Source: a virus (Duplodnaviria > Caudoviricetes). From it: a stretch of 64,000 bases of DNA. The stretch covers positions 5,615 to 69,614 of the IMG/VR virus record IMGVR_UViG_3300026311_000016, one strand, 5' to 3'. Made by a program: the position numbers and the translations under genes. Positions 1 to 10,564 of this stretch are shown here, in pieces; the first letter of the stretch is position 1; each line of letters opens with the position of its first letter. A model generated the notes under the pieces. That model was not told where the DNA came from. It was given only the letters and a program-made list of their open reading frames with translations, and did not search any database.

Positions 1-378
1 TTACGCTACTGATAATTCACCAGGATTGACAATAATCGTTCCACCTGTGGCCCATACAACAACGTCAAATATCCAATCCGCATTTGACACTCCAACAGTT
101 CCGCGCAACACTTCTGCGCCTGTTCCATCGCGAAATCTGAAGTGTGACACAGTGCCATTTTCTGCAACAGTTGCAGACAAAGCAGGATCTACATCAAGAG
201 CTATTGTTTTATCTGCTGCAGATCCAAAGGCCGGATTATTTAAGGTAATCTCAGCTAACACCGTTGAAAAAGTTGAATCGGTTGCGAACTGTACGCTTCC
301 CGGACCATTTGTGTTTATAGTAGAATCTATCAGATCGAGAAGAGCATTTCCTAATGTTGTGCTTACCACTATACTCAT
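1..378 (-). CDS. probable virion/tail-associated protein
   Basis: 125-aa beta-rich ORF with RBS (GGAGGT) at the distal end of the structural arm; function inferred from position only. Confidence 0.4.
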   Translation of the reverse strand: MSIVVSTTLGNALLDLIDSTINTNGPGSVQFATDSTFSTVLAEITLNNPAFGSAADKTIALDVDPALSATVAENGTVSHFRFRDGTGAEVLRGTVGVSNADWIFDVVVWATGGTIIVNPGELSVA

Positions 379-403
379 AGTAACCTCCTGTTTTTAATTA
401 TCA

Positions 404-802
404 TTAATACCACCATTCTGTTAATTTGTCTCTTTTGGCATCATCTATATGGATGAATGTATTGGCAAATCCCAATCCTTTAAACCCACAAAAGATTGCT
501 TTTTCTACAATAATCTGTCTTTTCTGAAAATCTATTTTTCTATCATTTCTGATATCAAATCCACATCCACCTTTACCTCTAAGGAATCCAGTTCTATCCC
601 ATTCTGGTAAATGAGTAGACCCTTCCTTACCACCAACTTTAGAGTTATAGTTCTTACACCTGGCAGCAGAGTTGATATATAACGGGAATCCACACAGTAA
701 TCTTAACAGGTATAATCTCTCTAAAGACTCATATGGAGGTAGTAACCCACATCCACAACTACAGTTTAACTCTTTGTCTGTAAAATATTCTTTCAGTACC
801 AT
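404..802 (-). CDS. endolysin, peptidase M15A (Zn D-Ala-D-Ala carboxypeptidase-like)
   Basis: CxCGCG, SAARC..YN..VGG, STH, FDI and FIHID motifs; about 11-aa insertion between the His and Asp ligands. Confidence 0.85.
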   Translation of the reverse strand: MVLKEYFTDKELNCSCGCGLLPPYESLERLYLLRLLCGFPLYINSAARCKNYNSKVGGKEGSTHLPEWDRTGFLRGKGGCGFDIRNDRKIDFQKRQIIVEKAIFCGFKGLGFANTFIHIDDAKRDKLTEWWY

Positions 803-1294
803 TTAGTTACTCCAAACGACAAGATCCGATGCTGTACTACCTTGTGATTTAATATCACCTATCATACATGGAAACCATGTGCCGTCTGGTATGTTCTTAT
901 GGTCGGAGAACTCCTTACTCATAATACCTCTCATACTTAGATCCCCACCAGTTCCTACATATAACACCCCACCAACTCTATACACTGGATAAATAACACC
1001 AGCTCCTGCATCTCCAGTAGTTTCTATTGCTATCCCATTCATAGCATCAGTATAAGTAGCTGCGAGTGCTATATGTGTAGCATCTTCAGGTATAGCGAAA
1101 TATTCTACGTTCTGCTTAAACCCCTGAGCGTTACCAGAATCTATTGACAGGAATATGCCCTGTCCTCTTTTGATTGCCGATACATCAACCGGAGCAGTTA
1201 CTGTAACAACTCCATCTTTTCCAGTAGAACTAAATTCGTAAGTTGTCAAGGTTATATTACCATTAACTGTCGGATTTGAATTTACTTGTTTCAT
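803..1294 (-). CDS. hypothetical protein, possibly virion-associated
   Basis: 163-aa ORF translationally coupled to its neighbours. Confidence 0.45.
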   Translation of the reverse strand: MKQVNSNPTVNGNITLTTYEFSSTGKDGVVTVTAPVDVSAIKRGQGIFLSIDSGNAQGFKQNVEYFAIPEDATHIALAATYTDAMNGIAIETTGDAGAGVIYPVYRVGGVLYVGTGGDLSMRGIMSKEFSDHKNIPDGTWFPCMIGDIKSQGSTASDLVVWSN

Positions 1295-1578
1295 TATCTA
1301 ACCCCGTTTCTTTTCTTGTAATCATCTATTAACCAATTAATATTATTATTCATAACTGCAATATCTGTTTTGAGTTCAAATACATGACTCTTTATACCAG
1401 CTATTTCATTTGAAAGATCTTGGTGCATAAGACATGAGTGTCTTGGGGACTTTAACCAATCCCATATTATTTTACCGATTAAACCGGTAATCGTAGTAGA
1501 ACTTAACACAACCGACCAATTTACTCCAGCTATAACAGGAGCAGCATAATTAGCCGTACTGACAATAGTATCTATCAT
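1294..1578 (-). CDS. putative holin or membrane lysis protein
   Basis: N-terminal hydrophobic segment plus coiled coil, two genes upstream of the endolysin. Confidence 0.4.
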   Translation of the reverse strand: MIDTIVSTANYAAPVIAGVNWSVVLSSTTITGLIGKIIWDWLKSPRHSCLMHQDLSNEIAGIKSHVFELKTDIAVMNNNINWLIDDYKKRNGVR

Positions 1579-1584
1579 ACCTTA

Positions 1585-4500
1585 CTACCTCCCCACACCC
1601 CATATCTCAACTAAACCTACAGCGAATTTATATAGTTGTTCTGGTCCACCTATAGGTAAGAACGTTTTTGCTAATTCATATACAGCCACTACAGCCAAAT
1701 TTGCATCTTGATTATCAATAGCTCTAATTAGCTTCCTTGTTGCACCACCTATCCGCTCTGTTAGAGCACCAAAGTTACCTCCACCAACATTACCATACCC
1801 ACCAAAGATACCGCCCAATATGATACCTGGTGCACCAAATAAAGTAGACACATTAGTTGCTAAACTCCTAGCCCAGTATTCTGCTGTCATCCATTCATCA
1901 TCTTCAAACCCTCCACCAACAGCTTTTATACCTACTTTCAGTAACTCAACTGCAACAGATTGAGATAAGATAATACCTAAAGCGTTAAGTCCTGCTTTAG
2001 TTCTATCTTTAACTGATAATTCACCGTCACCTAATTTATACATTTGTTTTCTTAACATCATACCAGACTTTAGAGACTGCGATAAAAATCGTGTTATAAG
2101 TCTACCTAATGTTGTTCTTGCCAGTGGAGGACTATCAAATGGATCAAATGTCTGCTGTGTCATCTGTGTGATGTACTCAGTTCTTCTTGCTACATAATTA
2201 TCAAACTCAGTAGTTCCTCTTTTATATCCTTTAGCAACAGCTTCAACTTCGAGTAATTTCCATATACCCATGATACTTGATGTGTCCATATCCTGTATCC
2301 AGGACATCGCACCACGAGATGACAGAATAAACTTTAGATGATCTCTTTTGAGTTTTTTTCCACCAAGAAACATCTGTGCTGCTGTGGCTCTATTTTGAGT
2401 ACCTCTCATAACAACTTCCATTGAGTTATTAAAACGCTCTTTGAGATATGGTGATAACTTCTCAATGTGTTTTTTAAAACTCATCTTCTCTTTAATTGTA
2501 CTTTTACTAAACCAGTTCCTTACATCAAGAGACGCTTTAGCAAACTCTCTCCATCCGATATCCATCTCAGGGAAGTAAAGAACGGTTGCTATAGGCTGTG
2601 ATAAAGATACTGATGGTTTATATCCAAGAACTCCTATAGTGAACACATTACTGATAATTTTAAGAGCTTGTTCAGATGAATCTTTAACCTTTACAGTCAT
2701 CATGTCTTTAACATCATCATACATAGCTCTAAATTCAGCCTCATATCCATTCTTTATCATCATAGTTCTGAATTTATCATCATTGATAATATTCCAGACC
2801 TTGTTAGTAACCATCACCATATCCATATACTGATTGAATAGTGAGTAAGTTCTAGCTATAGCTATGAAAGGATCTTCGAGTATTATAGGCTGTTTACTAT
2901 CCTGACGTGCTTTAGTAATTGATGGTAGACCTTTAAAGAACGTTTGTCTGAAATCTTCTGGTGTATTAACAACTTGTTTATCAGATGCTAAATAGTCTTT
3001 ATGTACCCATATAGGAAAGTAGTTAGGTTCGTTAAATATTTTCTCGCCAATATCAGCTAAAGATACTTCGTTGCCTATCTCTGCTTGTCTTTCAAAATGA
3101 GACTTGATGACTTTTACAAGTTTTTTCTGTCTGGTATTTAATCTCTTACCGAGTGATAAAATATCATTATCAGTTAATACAAACGGTTCTGTATTTCCAC
3201 CATCGGTTTCAATTAAAAATCCTCCGTTGACAAGGTGATTATACCCAGGTTCGCTTTGTGCTAATAGATAAAGTGAAACTTCTCTTGCTTCACTCATCTC
3301 TACTTCACCATTATCGAACCGAACTTTACGTTTTCTTTTCTTTTTATCACCAGCGAAGAGTCTCTCAACGATACCGACAGATAACTGATCTGACATTATT
3401 CTAATGTCTTTGTATGATAAACCAAACTTTTTGAAGTCTTCCTTGAGTCCATCATCAAGCTTATTTTTGTTCTCATATACTTTAAGCCTATTTTTTGCCA
3501 TAGGATTAGTGATATACTTCTGAAACATCCCATCATCCCTATACCCATCCATCTCTTCAGCTTTATACTTTAAGTTGATATTAGTTAAACTCCTGGGCGA
3601 ACCTACCCATCTCCAAAAAGGATTCTCACTGTAGTTCCAGAAGTTAGCTGATTTACTTTGTTTTGGGGTGCGTTTCTTAGCTGATACCTGTTTACCAATG
3701 TCTTCTACTGCTATTTCTGTCTCAGTTTTTTTCTCTTTTTTGATACTTTTTACTCTATCATTTACAGCTTTAAATTCTTCTTTAATAGCAATGAGTGTAC
3801 TGTTGATCCTCTGAGCATCAAACATTCCATCTGCTGTAGTAAGATCTTTTTTATACTGTGGAAAAGTCTTCTTACCTAAATCTGTAAGAGTATAATATTC
3901 TTCTCCGTCTTTAGTTATAATCTCAGCAAATTTCTGTTCTAAAAGAGAATTATATCTTGCTCCTGGTTTAGTTGAAATTAAATTGCCAGCTTTATCTTTT
4001 CTTTTTGGTTTTAATACTTCACCACGATCATTCAATCTTTTCATTGTAGTATAATCTACAAATTTCTTATAATCTGCTTCTAATGATTCTAATTCAGTTG
4101 CTATTTTCTTATAATCAGGATCAGACTTTTTAAGTAGGTTCTTATGTTTCATCTTAAAAGCTCGAACTCTGACAAAAGCCTGATGAGCTTTCTTATAATC
4201 TATAGCTTCATCAACAAGTTCCATTGCTTTCTTGTAATAAACATCATCAACAGCTTCTACTTTTTCAATAAGAGCAAATATCTGTCTACGATAAGAGTCA
4301 GCACCAACACCATACAAATGCTTATTAACGAAGTCATAAAATCTTATCTTGACGTTTCTATCGGTTAATCTAAGTTTGATCTTATCAGCTACATAAGTCT
4401 CAGCTTTTTGTTTGGCTGTTAACTGTTTAAATGGCTTATGTTTCTTCTTAGGTTTATTTTCAACTTTTGTAGCAGCAACAGATCTACGTGTCTGTCCAGT

Positions 4501-7500
4501 ATATCCACTATCATCAATCTTACCGAATTGTTGAATGATAGACTTAGCCATAGCATCTATCTCTGTTTTTGACGCCTTTTGTTTAAACCACTTCTTAAAT
4601 ATTCTATCAGATAACCCTCTGATGAAGTTATATACTTTCTTCAGTACACTTTCATCAGCTTTATATTTAGCTTCGTTGAAGTTACCATCTTTATCATAAT
4701 ATTCTTTAGCTACGTCTTCAACTCGTTTAGCCAACCATTCATCAAATAAAACTGTAGGATCTTTCTTTATCTGTTTAGCGTATGTATTAGCTATCTTTTT
4801 AGTGAAATCACTGTCAATATCTTTTTGAAATAGATCTCTTGCGTATTGAGCCAGGTCTTTATCAATAGAACTAACTACCTTAGATGCTCCATAGTGACCA
4901 AACAGCTCATGTACTACTGTAGGAACTATCTGGGATTTAGGTATATCAGGGTTGATCATTATAGTCGATCTACCATCTTTACCATTGAATATAGCACCGT
5001 AATCTCTATTTGACAGCTCAATAGTACCAAACTTCTTACCTACGACTATACGGGGTATCTTAGTGCTTCCCTTAAATACTTTGAGGGATTCCTTGACTAC
5101 CTTGCGTACATCAGGTGTAATAGAATTACTGTCGGTTTTAGTAACTGGTTCAGATGTTCTCATCATCCTGACACTGACATCATCTCTGTCAAATATAACA
5201 TCGATGTCTTTAGCGTCAACACTTTGAACGTCTTCACCCTTTAACTCAGCAAACTTCTTAGGGTTCTTTATCAAGAGAGTCTTTCTGCCTGGTAGTTTAT
5301 TAATCTCATCGGTGAGGTATTTGGTTAGTTTCTCGCCTTTAAACCCTTTAGATACGCCTTCTTTATATATTCTATTCTGTTCTTTTTTAGATACATCACC
5401 AGTCACCACTTCAAATATTTTGTCGAAGTTGAAGTCTTTATTACCAGCAAATTCTTTCTTAATCTGCTGTTCTAACTCAGGTGTGTACTCCATCCCATTA
5501 GTGATAGACTCTACAAACTGTCTACGTTTCTGTTTCTTCGTTGTGGAACCAGCACCTTGAGCTTCCAATTCAGTTCCAAGTGCTGCCAGGTCTGCTATCT
5601 CTGCCATTTGCTGACGAGTTTTACCTTTAATAGCATCCTTGAGAGTAACTTCTTCACCGTTAAGTTCTATCGAAAACTCAGGATCATTAGCGATAATTCT
5701 AATTAACCGCTTAAACTTAGGACCGAGTTTAGCTGCTTCAGACTTATTCTGATAAGGAACGCTAAAGTCTATGTTACTAACGATCTCCTTAGCAACCGAT
5801 AGTTTATCTTCTGGTATATCGAGTCTACTAATAAACTTCTTCTGTTCTTTGGATAATACAGGCTCAGTTTTTGCTACTTCATTATCTATGGTAGCACTCG
5901 TGGTTTTACTGGCAAGAGGAGTAGAAGCAGGGGTTTCCTGCTCTACTTCATTTACTGGAACAACCTCTTGAGGTTGAGTCTGTTCCGTAGCTGTTTCTAC
6001 GCTTGGTAGATCAGCATTAGGGCTGGTTTCTGTAGTAGGGATAGGTGTAGTAGCCTCCTGTGATGATTGAGGCTCTACGGCAGGTTCCTGTTCGTTTAAC
6101 AGGGTTTCGGTTTCTTGACTTTCTTCTTCATCTATAACCTCTTCTGTTGTGTTATCAATCTGATCCATCTCTGATAAAAGTCTGGATCTTGTTTCTTCGT
6201 CTATTTTCGGATCTGTAGTAACAGCAGATTTTAATAGATTTCTACCTTCTTTATCATATTCATATCTCGAAAGTAGATCCTCCTCTGTCATATCGAAACT
6301 CTTGATGTAAGGAGATTCGTCTACTTCGCCCTGCTCATTTATTAACTGTTGAGCCGGTTCTGTCATAGTACTGACAGGGTTACCCTGTTCATCAACAGCT
6401 TGTAGTTCCTGCTGTGATTGTTCGGTGTTCTGTTGTTTGGGTTGTATTGCCTTATTAACAGCACTTCCAGCACCACGAGTTAATATCTCGATACCAAACC
6501 CACTCCAGAAGTCTCTACCATAATCCTGTTTAGGTAACTGATCTTCTGGTATATTGGCTTCTTTAGCAGCTTTACCAAGTGTATACTGCATTATTCTACT
6601 CTGTAATGCTTCCTGTGCTCCTCCTACAGTACCAGCACCTAACTCATTTATTACCTTTCCAACGATTTTGTTTTTTACAGACTCAGCCAAATTCTTAACT
6701 ACAGGAACCTTTTTACCGAACATCAGTAAATTATCAACATATTCACTCATACCAGATGGTATAGCATATTGCATTGCGTACTTCTGAGCTATCTCATCTG
6801 GAATACCTAATTTCTTGGCTTCTTCTAAATAACTATCGGTTTCTCTTGCTATAAGTAATGTTGCTGATCCTACATTACCAGCTAATTGTGTCAGTATCTG
6901 CGGTAGATTAGTCGTTGTCATAGTAGCCCAAGTATTGATCACCTGTGGTATATTTTTAGAAATAAGAGGATCACTGGCTACCTTATTTACTTCCTTCTCC
7001 CATATTTCAGGAGTAAAGTTTAATTTTTCTTTTATTTTTTCAACTGTAGTATCATATGACTTATTATCTGTATTTTTTATATCTATACCAGTTACATCTT
7101 TTATCAGTTTGGCTTTATTCTGAGCATCTATTTTATTAATAGAAGCAAGACCACCAAATACTCCACTGACTATATCTTTTAATCCAACCATAGCTCCTTT
7201 GAAAAAGGTAGTCCAATCACCTTCAGGTATTTGTTCCTGTGATCGAGTAACTACTTGTTCGGTGGGTTGTTCGGTTACTTGTTCAATGGGAGTAATTAGA
7301 CCGTACAGATCTTCTCGTTCTTTGATAAATCTATTCTTAACTGATTGTCTTGTCTCGATAGGACTACTCTTAAACCATCTATCAGTATCTAATTTTACAT
7401 CTATTACACTATCAATAAATGTTTTTTCATCCAATTCAGTTTTACCACTAAGAGCTTCATCGAATACTTTCTGTGCTAATTTAGCACCAAACTGGTTAGC

Positions 7501-7977
7501 AGTAGAATATACTAATTCTTTAACTGCCTTAGATTGAGATATGTCTAAACCATATTTAGATCTCAAGTAATTTTCAACTGGTTTGTAATGAGTATTAATA
7601 ATATATTCTTTTTGTTTATTATTAAACTCTTCATCCTGAGATAACTCTTTCCACTTCTTATCAAAGTTAGGAGATCCTATAGTTCCTTGAAACTGATTAG
7701 CGTATCCAGATGTGTTGAGGAAATCTCTCAATGTACCAGTTTCAGTAGATAATTGAAATAAGCCATAAGATTTACCACCAATATCACCTTCACCTGAAGA
7801 TATGATAGAGGGATCATTACCTGATTCATACTTAGAAGCAATAGAACCAAGATCGTTATTATCTATTTCATCGTCAAATAAACCAATCTCAGATCTGCGT
7901 CTCTGAAGAGCTGACTTGATTTGTTCTCGTGTAGCTCCCATACCTACCATTTTTTGTACGAATTCAGTTCTTGTCAT
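1585..7977 (-). CDS. giant internal virion (ejection) protein: N-terminal lysozyme-like domain, acidic linker, HExxH metallopeptidase-like domain
   Basis: 2130 aa; ASKYESG..GD.GGKSYGLFQL (VgrG3-C-like muramidase pattern); E/Q/T-rich linker; TVVHELFGHYG; last gene of the internal-virion cluster. Confidence 0.75.
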   Translation of the reverse strand: MTRTEFVQKMVGMGATREQIKSALQRRRSEIGLFDDEIDNNDLGSIASKYESGNDPSIISSGEGDIGGKSYGLFQLSTETGTLRDFLNTSGYANQFQGTIGSPNFDKKWKELSQDEEFNNKQKEYIINTHYKPVENYLRSKYGLDISQSKAVKELVYSTANQFGAKLAQKVFDEALSGKTELDEKTFIDSVIDVKLDTDRWFKSSPIETRQSVKNRFIKEREDLYGLITPIEQVTEQPTEQVVTRSQEQIPEGDWTTFFKGAMVGLKDIVSGVFGGLASINKIDAQNKAKLIKDVTGIDIKNTDNKSYDTTVEKIKEKLNFTPEIWEKEVNKVASDPLISKNIPQVINTWATMTTTNLPQILTQLAGNVGSATLLIARETDSYLEEAKKLGIPDEIAQKYAMQYAIPSGMSEYVDNLLMFGKKVPVVKNLAESVKNKIVGKVINELGAGTVGGAQEALQSRIMQYTLGKAAKEANIPEDQLPKQDYGRDFWSGFGIEILTRGAGSAVNKAIQPKQQNTEQSQQELQAVDEQGNPVSTMTEPAQQLINEQGEVDESPYIKSFDMTEEDLLSRYEYDKEGRNLLKSAVTTDPKIDEETRSRLLSEMDQIDNTTEEVIDEEESQETETLLNEQEPAVEPQSSQEATTPIPTTETSPNADLPSVETATEQTQPQEVVPVNEVEQETPASTPLASKTTSATIDNEVAKTEPVLSKEQKKFISRLDIPEDKLSVAKEIVSNIDFSVPYQNKSEAAKLGPKFKRLIRIIANDPEFSIELNGEEVTLKDAIKGKTRQQMAEIADLAALGTELEAQGAGSTTKKQKRRQFVESITNGMEYTPELEQQIKKEFAGNKDFNFDKIFEVVTGDVSKKEQNRIYKEGVSKGFKGEKLTKYLTDEINKLPGRKTLLIKNPKKFAELKGEDVQSVDAKDIDVIFDRDDVSVRMMRTSEPVTKTDSNSITPDVRKVVKESLKVFKGSTKIPRIVVGKKFGTIELSNRDYGAIFNGKDGRSTIMINPDIPKSQIVPTVVHELFGHYGASKVVSSIDKDLAQYARDLFQKDIDSDFTKKIANTYAKQIKKDPTVLFDEWLAKRVEDVAKEYYDKDGNFNEAKYKADESVLKKVYNFIRGLSDRIFKKWFKQKASKTEIDAMAKSIIQQFGKIDDSGYTGQTRRSVAATKVENKPKKKHKPFKQLTAKQKAETYVADKIKLRLTDRNVKIRFYDFVNKHLYGVGADSYRRQIFALIEKVEAVDDVYYKKAMELVDEAIDYKKAHQAFVRVRAFKMKHKNLLKKSDPDYKKIATELESLEADYKKFVDYTTMKRLNDRGEVLKPKRKDKAGNLISTKPGARYNSLLEQKFAEIITKDGEEYYTLTDLGKKTFPQYKKDLTTADGMFDAQRINSTLIAIKEEFKAVNDRVKSIKKEKKTETEIAVEDIGKQVSAKKRTPKQSKSANFWNYSENPFWRWVGSPRSLTNINLKYKAEEMDGYRDDGMFQKYITNPMAKNRLKVYENKNKLDDGLKEDFKKFGLSYKDIRIMSDQLSVGIVERLFAGDKKKRKRKVRFDNGEVEMSEAREVSLYLLAQSEPGYNHLVNGGFLIETDGGNTEPFVLTDNDILSLGKRLNTRQKKLVKVIKSHFERQAEIGNEVSLADIGEKIFNEPNYFPIWVHKDYLASDKQVVNTPEDFRQTFFKGLPSITKARQDSKQPIILEDPFIAIARTYSLFNQYMDMVMVTNKVWNIINDDKFRTMMIKNGYEAEFRAMYDDVKDMMTVKVKDSSEQALKIISNVFTIGVLGYKPSVSLSQPIATVLYFPEMDIGWREFAKASLDVRNWFSKSTIKEKMSFKKHIEKLSPYLKERFNNSMEVVMRGTQNRATAAQMFLGGKKLKRDHLKFILSSRGAMSWIQDMDTSSIMGIWKLLEVEAVAKGYKRGTTEFDNYVARRTEYITQMTQQTFDPFDSPPLARTTLGRLITRFLSQSLKSGMMLRKQMYKLGDGELSVKDRTKAGLNALGIILSQSVAVELLKVGIKAVGGGFEDDEWMTAEYWARSLATNVSTLFGAPGIILGGIFGGYGNVGGGNFGALTERIGGATRKLIRAIDNQDANLAVVAVYELAKTFLPIGGPEQLYKFAVGLVEIWGVGR

Positions 7978-9388
7978 AATGTTTTTTAAGTTCTTCGTTG
8001 ATTATATCATCATCTGTTTTCTTGGTTGATGGACTAATTCTCAGATTAATCCCACCACCAGGAGTTATCTGTGTTCCAGTAGACCCACCAAACTGAGGTA
8101 TTGGTTTACCGTCTTTAATAACTGGTGCTACACCAAATCTAGCTTTATAAGCTGATATGAAACGCTCTAAATCATCACCACGACCAAGCCCACCTCCACT
8201 AAATCCACCAAATTTCATATTAACGTTGTTATTAAAGAGATCAATCATCTCTTTTTCTTCTTGAGGCTTAATCTGTGTCTCATAATTAATTTCGGCTTGT
8301 TTGGATGCTTCGTTATAACTCTGTGTTGTAAATTGTCCTTTATCCAAAAAAGTATCACGAGCATCATAAGCTTTTTTCTGTCTAATTTTTAGTTCTTCCA
8401 ACTCACGTTTAATCTTCTCAGTCTGTTGATTATAGATGTTGGGGCTTGCTTTCTTAGCGTCTGTATTCTTCAAATGAGCATCTAATTGAGCACCCTTCTG
8501 ATAGATTTTAGTATCAATAGATGTTATAAGGTCATCAAATACATCAACAGAAACAGGTTTGTTCGTAGATTGCAGCTGTCGAATCTGCTGATCCATTTCT
8601 TTAAGTTCGAGTCTTAGTTCATTAGCTTCTTTAGCTGCCAGTGTTTCATATGCCTTTTCTCTTGCTTTAGGATCGTATTGATCAAGTCCAGGAGAAGTCC
8701 ATACTTCATCTGATCTCTTAACCATACTCGTAATATCATCAACTTGAGCATATATATCAGATGATCTCTGCTGCTCAACATCATACTGTTTCTGATTGAG
8801 ATCCAACTGAGACTGATTCTGCATACCAAGCTCAGTCTCCAACTCACCACCCCGACCAAACCTTCTATTAAACGTCTTCTGATACTGTTCATCTTCCATC
8901 ATGGCTTTACCAGTTGTCGTATAGTTCTTAAACGCCTCTCTGGTAACACCTGACTTGAATCCAGCAAACAGATCACCCTCTGTTAATACTCCGTTAGCTT
9001 TAGCCTTAGCAGCTTCTACAATAGGAGCTATAGAGTCTATAGCTAAACGCTTAACATAATCTTCGTTAGATAGCTTATCGCTTAACTTAGAAGGATCTAA
9101 TATCTGTTGTTTGAGGAGGTTTCTAGCCTGTTGAGGATCATTAGGATCATATTGTAATCCCATCGATGAAGCAATGTTAGTCACCTTAGTATCATCTAAC
9201 CAGTCAATCCATTCCTGTATCTCAGTGTAGGCTTTCTGTTTGAAAAAACGATTCTCTTTAATCTGTTGGTTTAGATCCCACAACTCAGGAAAAGCATTAG
9301 CTGTTTTACTAATAGCAGCACCAATATCACCCAACCATGAAAAATCTGTCCTGAAATCCCCAGGATTATACCCGTAAAAACCACTCAT
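7964..9388 (-). CDS. putative internal virion/ejection protein
   Basis: 474 aa, helical and Q-rich with a Gly-rich C-terminus; lies between the nozzle and the giant virion gene. Confidence 0.55.
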   Translation of the reverse strand: MSGFYGYNPGDFRTDFSWLGDIGAAISKTANAFPELWDLNQQIKENRFFKQKAYTEIQEWIDWLDDTKVTNIASSMGLQYDPNDPQQARNLLKQQILDPSKLSDKLSNEDYVKRLAIDSIAPIVEAAKAKANGVLTEGDLFAGFKSGVTREAFKNYTTTGKAMMEDEQYQKTFNRRFGRGGELETELGMQNQSQLDLNQKQYDVEQQRSSDIYAQVDDITSMVKRSDEVWTSPGLDQYDPKAREKAYETLAAKEANELRLELKEMDQQIRQLQSTNKPVSVDVFDDLITSIDTKIYQKGAQLDAHLKNTDAKKASPNIYNQQTEKIKRELEELKIRQKKAYDARDTFLDKGQFTTQSYNEASKQAEINYETQIKPQEEKEMIDLFNNNVNMKFGGFSGGGLGRGDDLERFISAYKARFGVAPVIKDGKPIPQFGGSTGTQITPGGGINLRISPSTKKTDDDIINEELKKHYDKN

Positions 9389-9810
9389 TATAAGAATCTC
9401 CGTCTGTTAATCTTCAACGGATCAAGGTTCTGATCTGCTGTCTGTTCAAGGATACTCTGGTTAGCTGTATCTTCAATAAACTGTTTCTGTTTATTCTGTT
9501 CATTAATCTGAGTACCTAACAAAGATCTATTAAAATTAATAAAGTTCTGATTGTTCTCCAATTGTCTTTCAGTGAGTTTATTCTGTTCAGCCTGGAACTT
9601 CAAAGTATCACGTCTTTGTATCTCAGCTAATCTACGAGCTTCTTCACGTGCTCTCTCATTCTCACGTTTACTAGCAACACCTTTACCTATAGCTGTTCCT
9701 GCTGTTATTAGTGCGTTTGCTATAACTAATATAGCTTGTACATAAGCTCTACGAGAACCGACCACTACATATCTGTTAGATCCACGATTAACTTTATTCC
9801 TAACAACCAT
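9388..9810 (-). CDS. putative ejection protein, partial paralog of 9810-10442
   Basis: Gly/Ala hydrophobic segment followed by NERAREEARRLAEIQRRDTLK; TAATG overlaps with neighbours. Confidence 0.55.
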   Translation of the reverse strand: MVVRNKVNRGSNRYVVVGSRRAYVQAILVIANALITAGTAIGKGVASKRENERAREEARRLAEIQRRDTLKFQAEQNKLTERQLENNQNFINFNRSLLGTQINEQNKQKQFIEDTANQSILEQTADQNLDPLKINRRRFL

Positions 9811-10442
9811 TAGATCATCCCCCGAACTATCTGCTGTCTTTTCTCTTCGTCCAACTGCATATATTTCTGTTTGAACTCAACGGCAGCTTGTCTGGCTTTA
9901 TTGATATTCTGTAGTTCTCTCTGAAACTTATTCCGCCATATAGAGAATCTCTGATTGATAGTTTCTCTCATCTGCTGCAACTGCATCTGTTGTTCTTCCT
10001 GCTCGATCTGTTTCTTACGAAAAGATAACTCTATATTCTGCTGTTTAAGAGTATCTTCTCTTGTTATATTAGCTAACTCTCTAGCTTCATTACGAGCATT
10101 CTCATTATCTTTTTTCTGTAATATCCCACCAACGATAGCTCCAGTTAATTTTCCTGCTGCATCAGCTGCTGTTGAGATCATTCCAACTTTAGCAGAGTTC
10201 ATCCCATCGACATAATCATCAGGACCATCAATACCCCAGTTCTTAGGATCCATATAAGGACTGTTATTCTCCAACCATCCACCATTAGGATTACTTAGTG
10301 ATGTTGGTCGTGAATCTAAAGGGTTTTTAAATCCTCCCATATACGGACTGTTAGTCTGTAGTAATCCTCTATTAGAACTCAATAATGAATAGTCCTCTTC
10401 AAATGGATTCTTTAAACCAACACCAGATCCTTTATTTGCCAT
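9810..10442 (-). CDS. putative ejection protein
   Basis: Gly/Ala hydrophobic segment followed by NENARNEARELANITREDTLK and a Q-rich coiled coil. Confidence 0.55.
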   Translation of the reverse strand: MANKGSGVGLKNPFEEDYSLLSSNRGLLQTNSPYMGGFKNPLDSRPTSLSNPNGGWLENNSPYMDPKNWGIDGPDDYVDGMNSAKVGMISTAADAAGKLTGAIVGGILQKKDNENARNEARELANITREDTLKQQNIELSFRKKQIEQEEQQMQLQQMRETINQRFSIWRNKFQRELQNINKARQAAVEFKQKYMQLDEEKRQQIVRGMI

Positions 10443-10461
10443 GTTTAATCCTTCTTACTTT

Positions 10462-10490
10462 TAAGATACTGTTTCAAATACAGTATCTTA
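10462..10490. other. intergenic perfect 11-bp inverted repeat (RNA processing or stability hairpin?)
   Basis: TAAGATACTGT-ttcaaat-ACAGTATCTTA; no U-tract on the coding strand. Confidence 0.55.
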
Positions 10491-10564
10491 TATCATCAAT
10501 GACCGACCTCTTGGACGTGTAATAGAACTATTACCCGCATCAGAATCAACAGGATATGTTTTCT

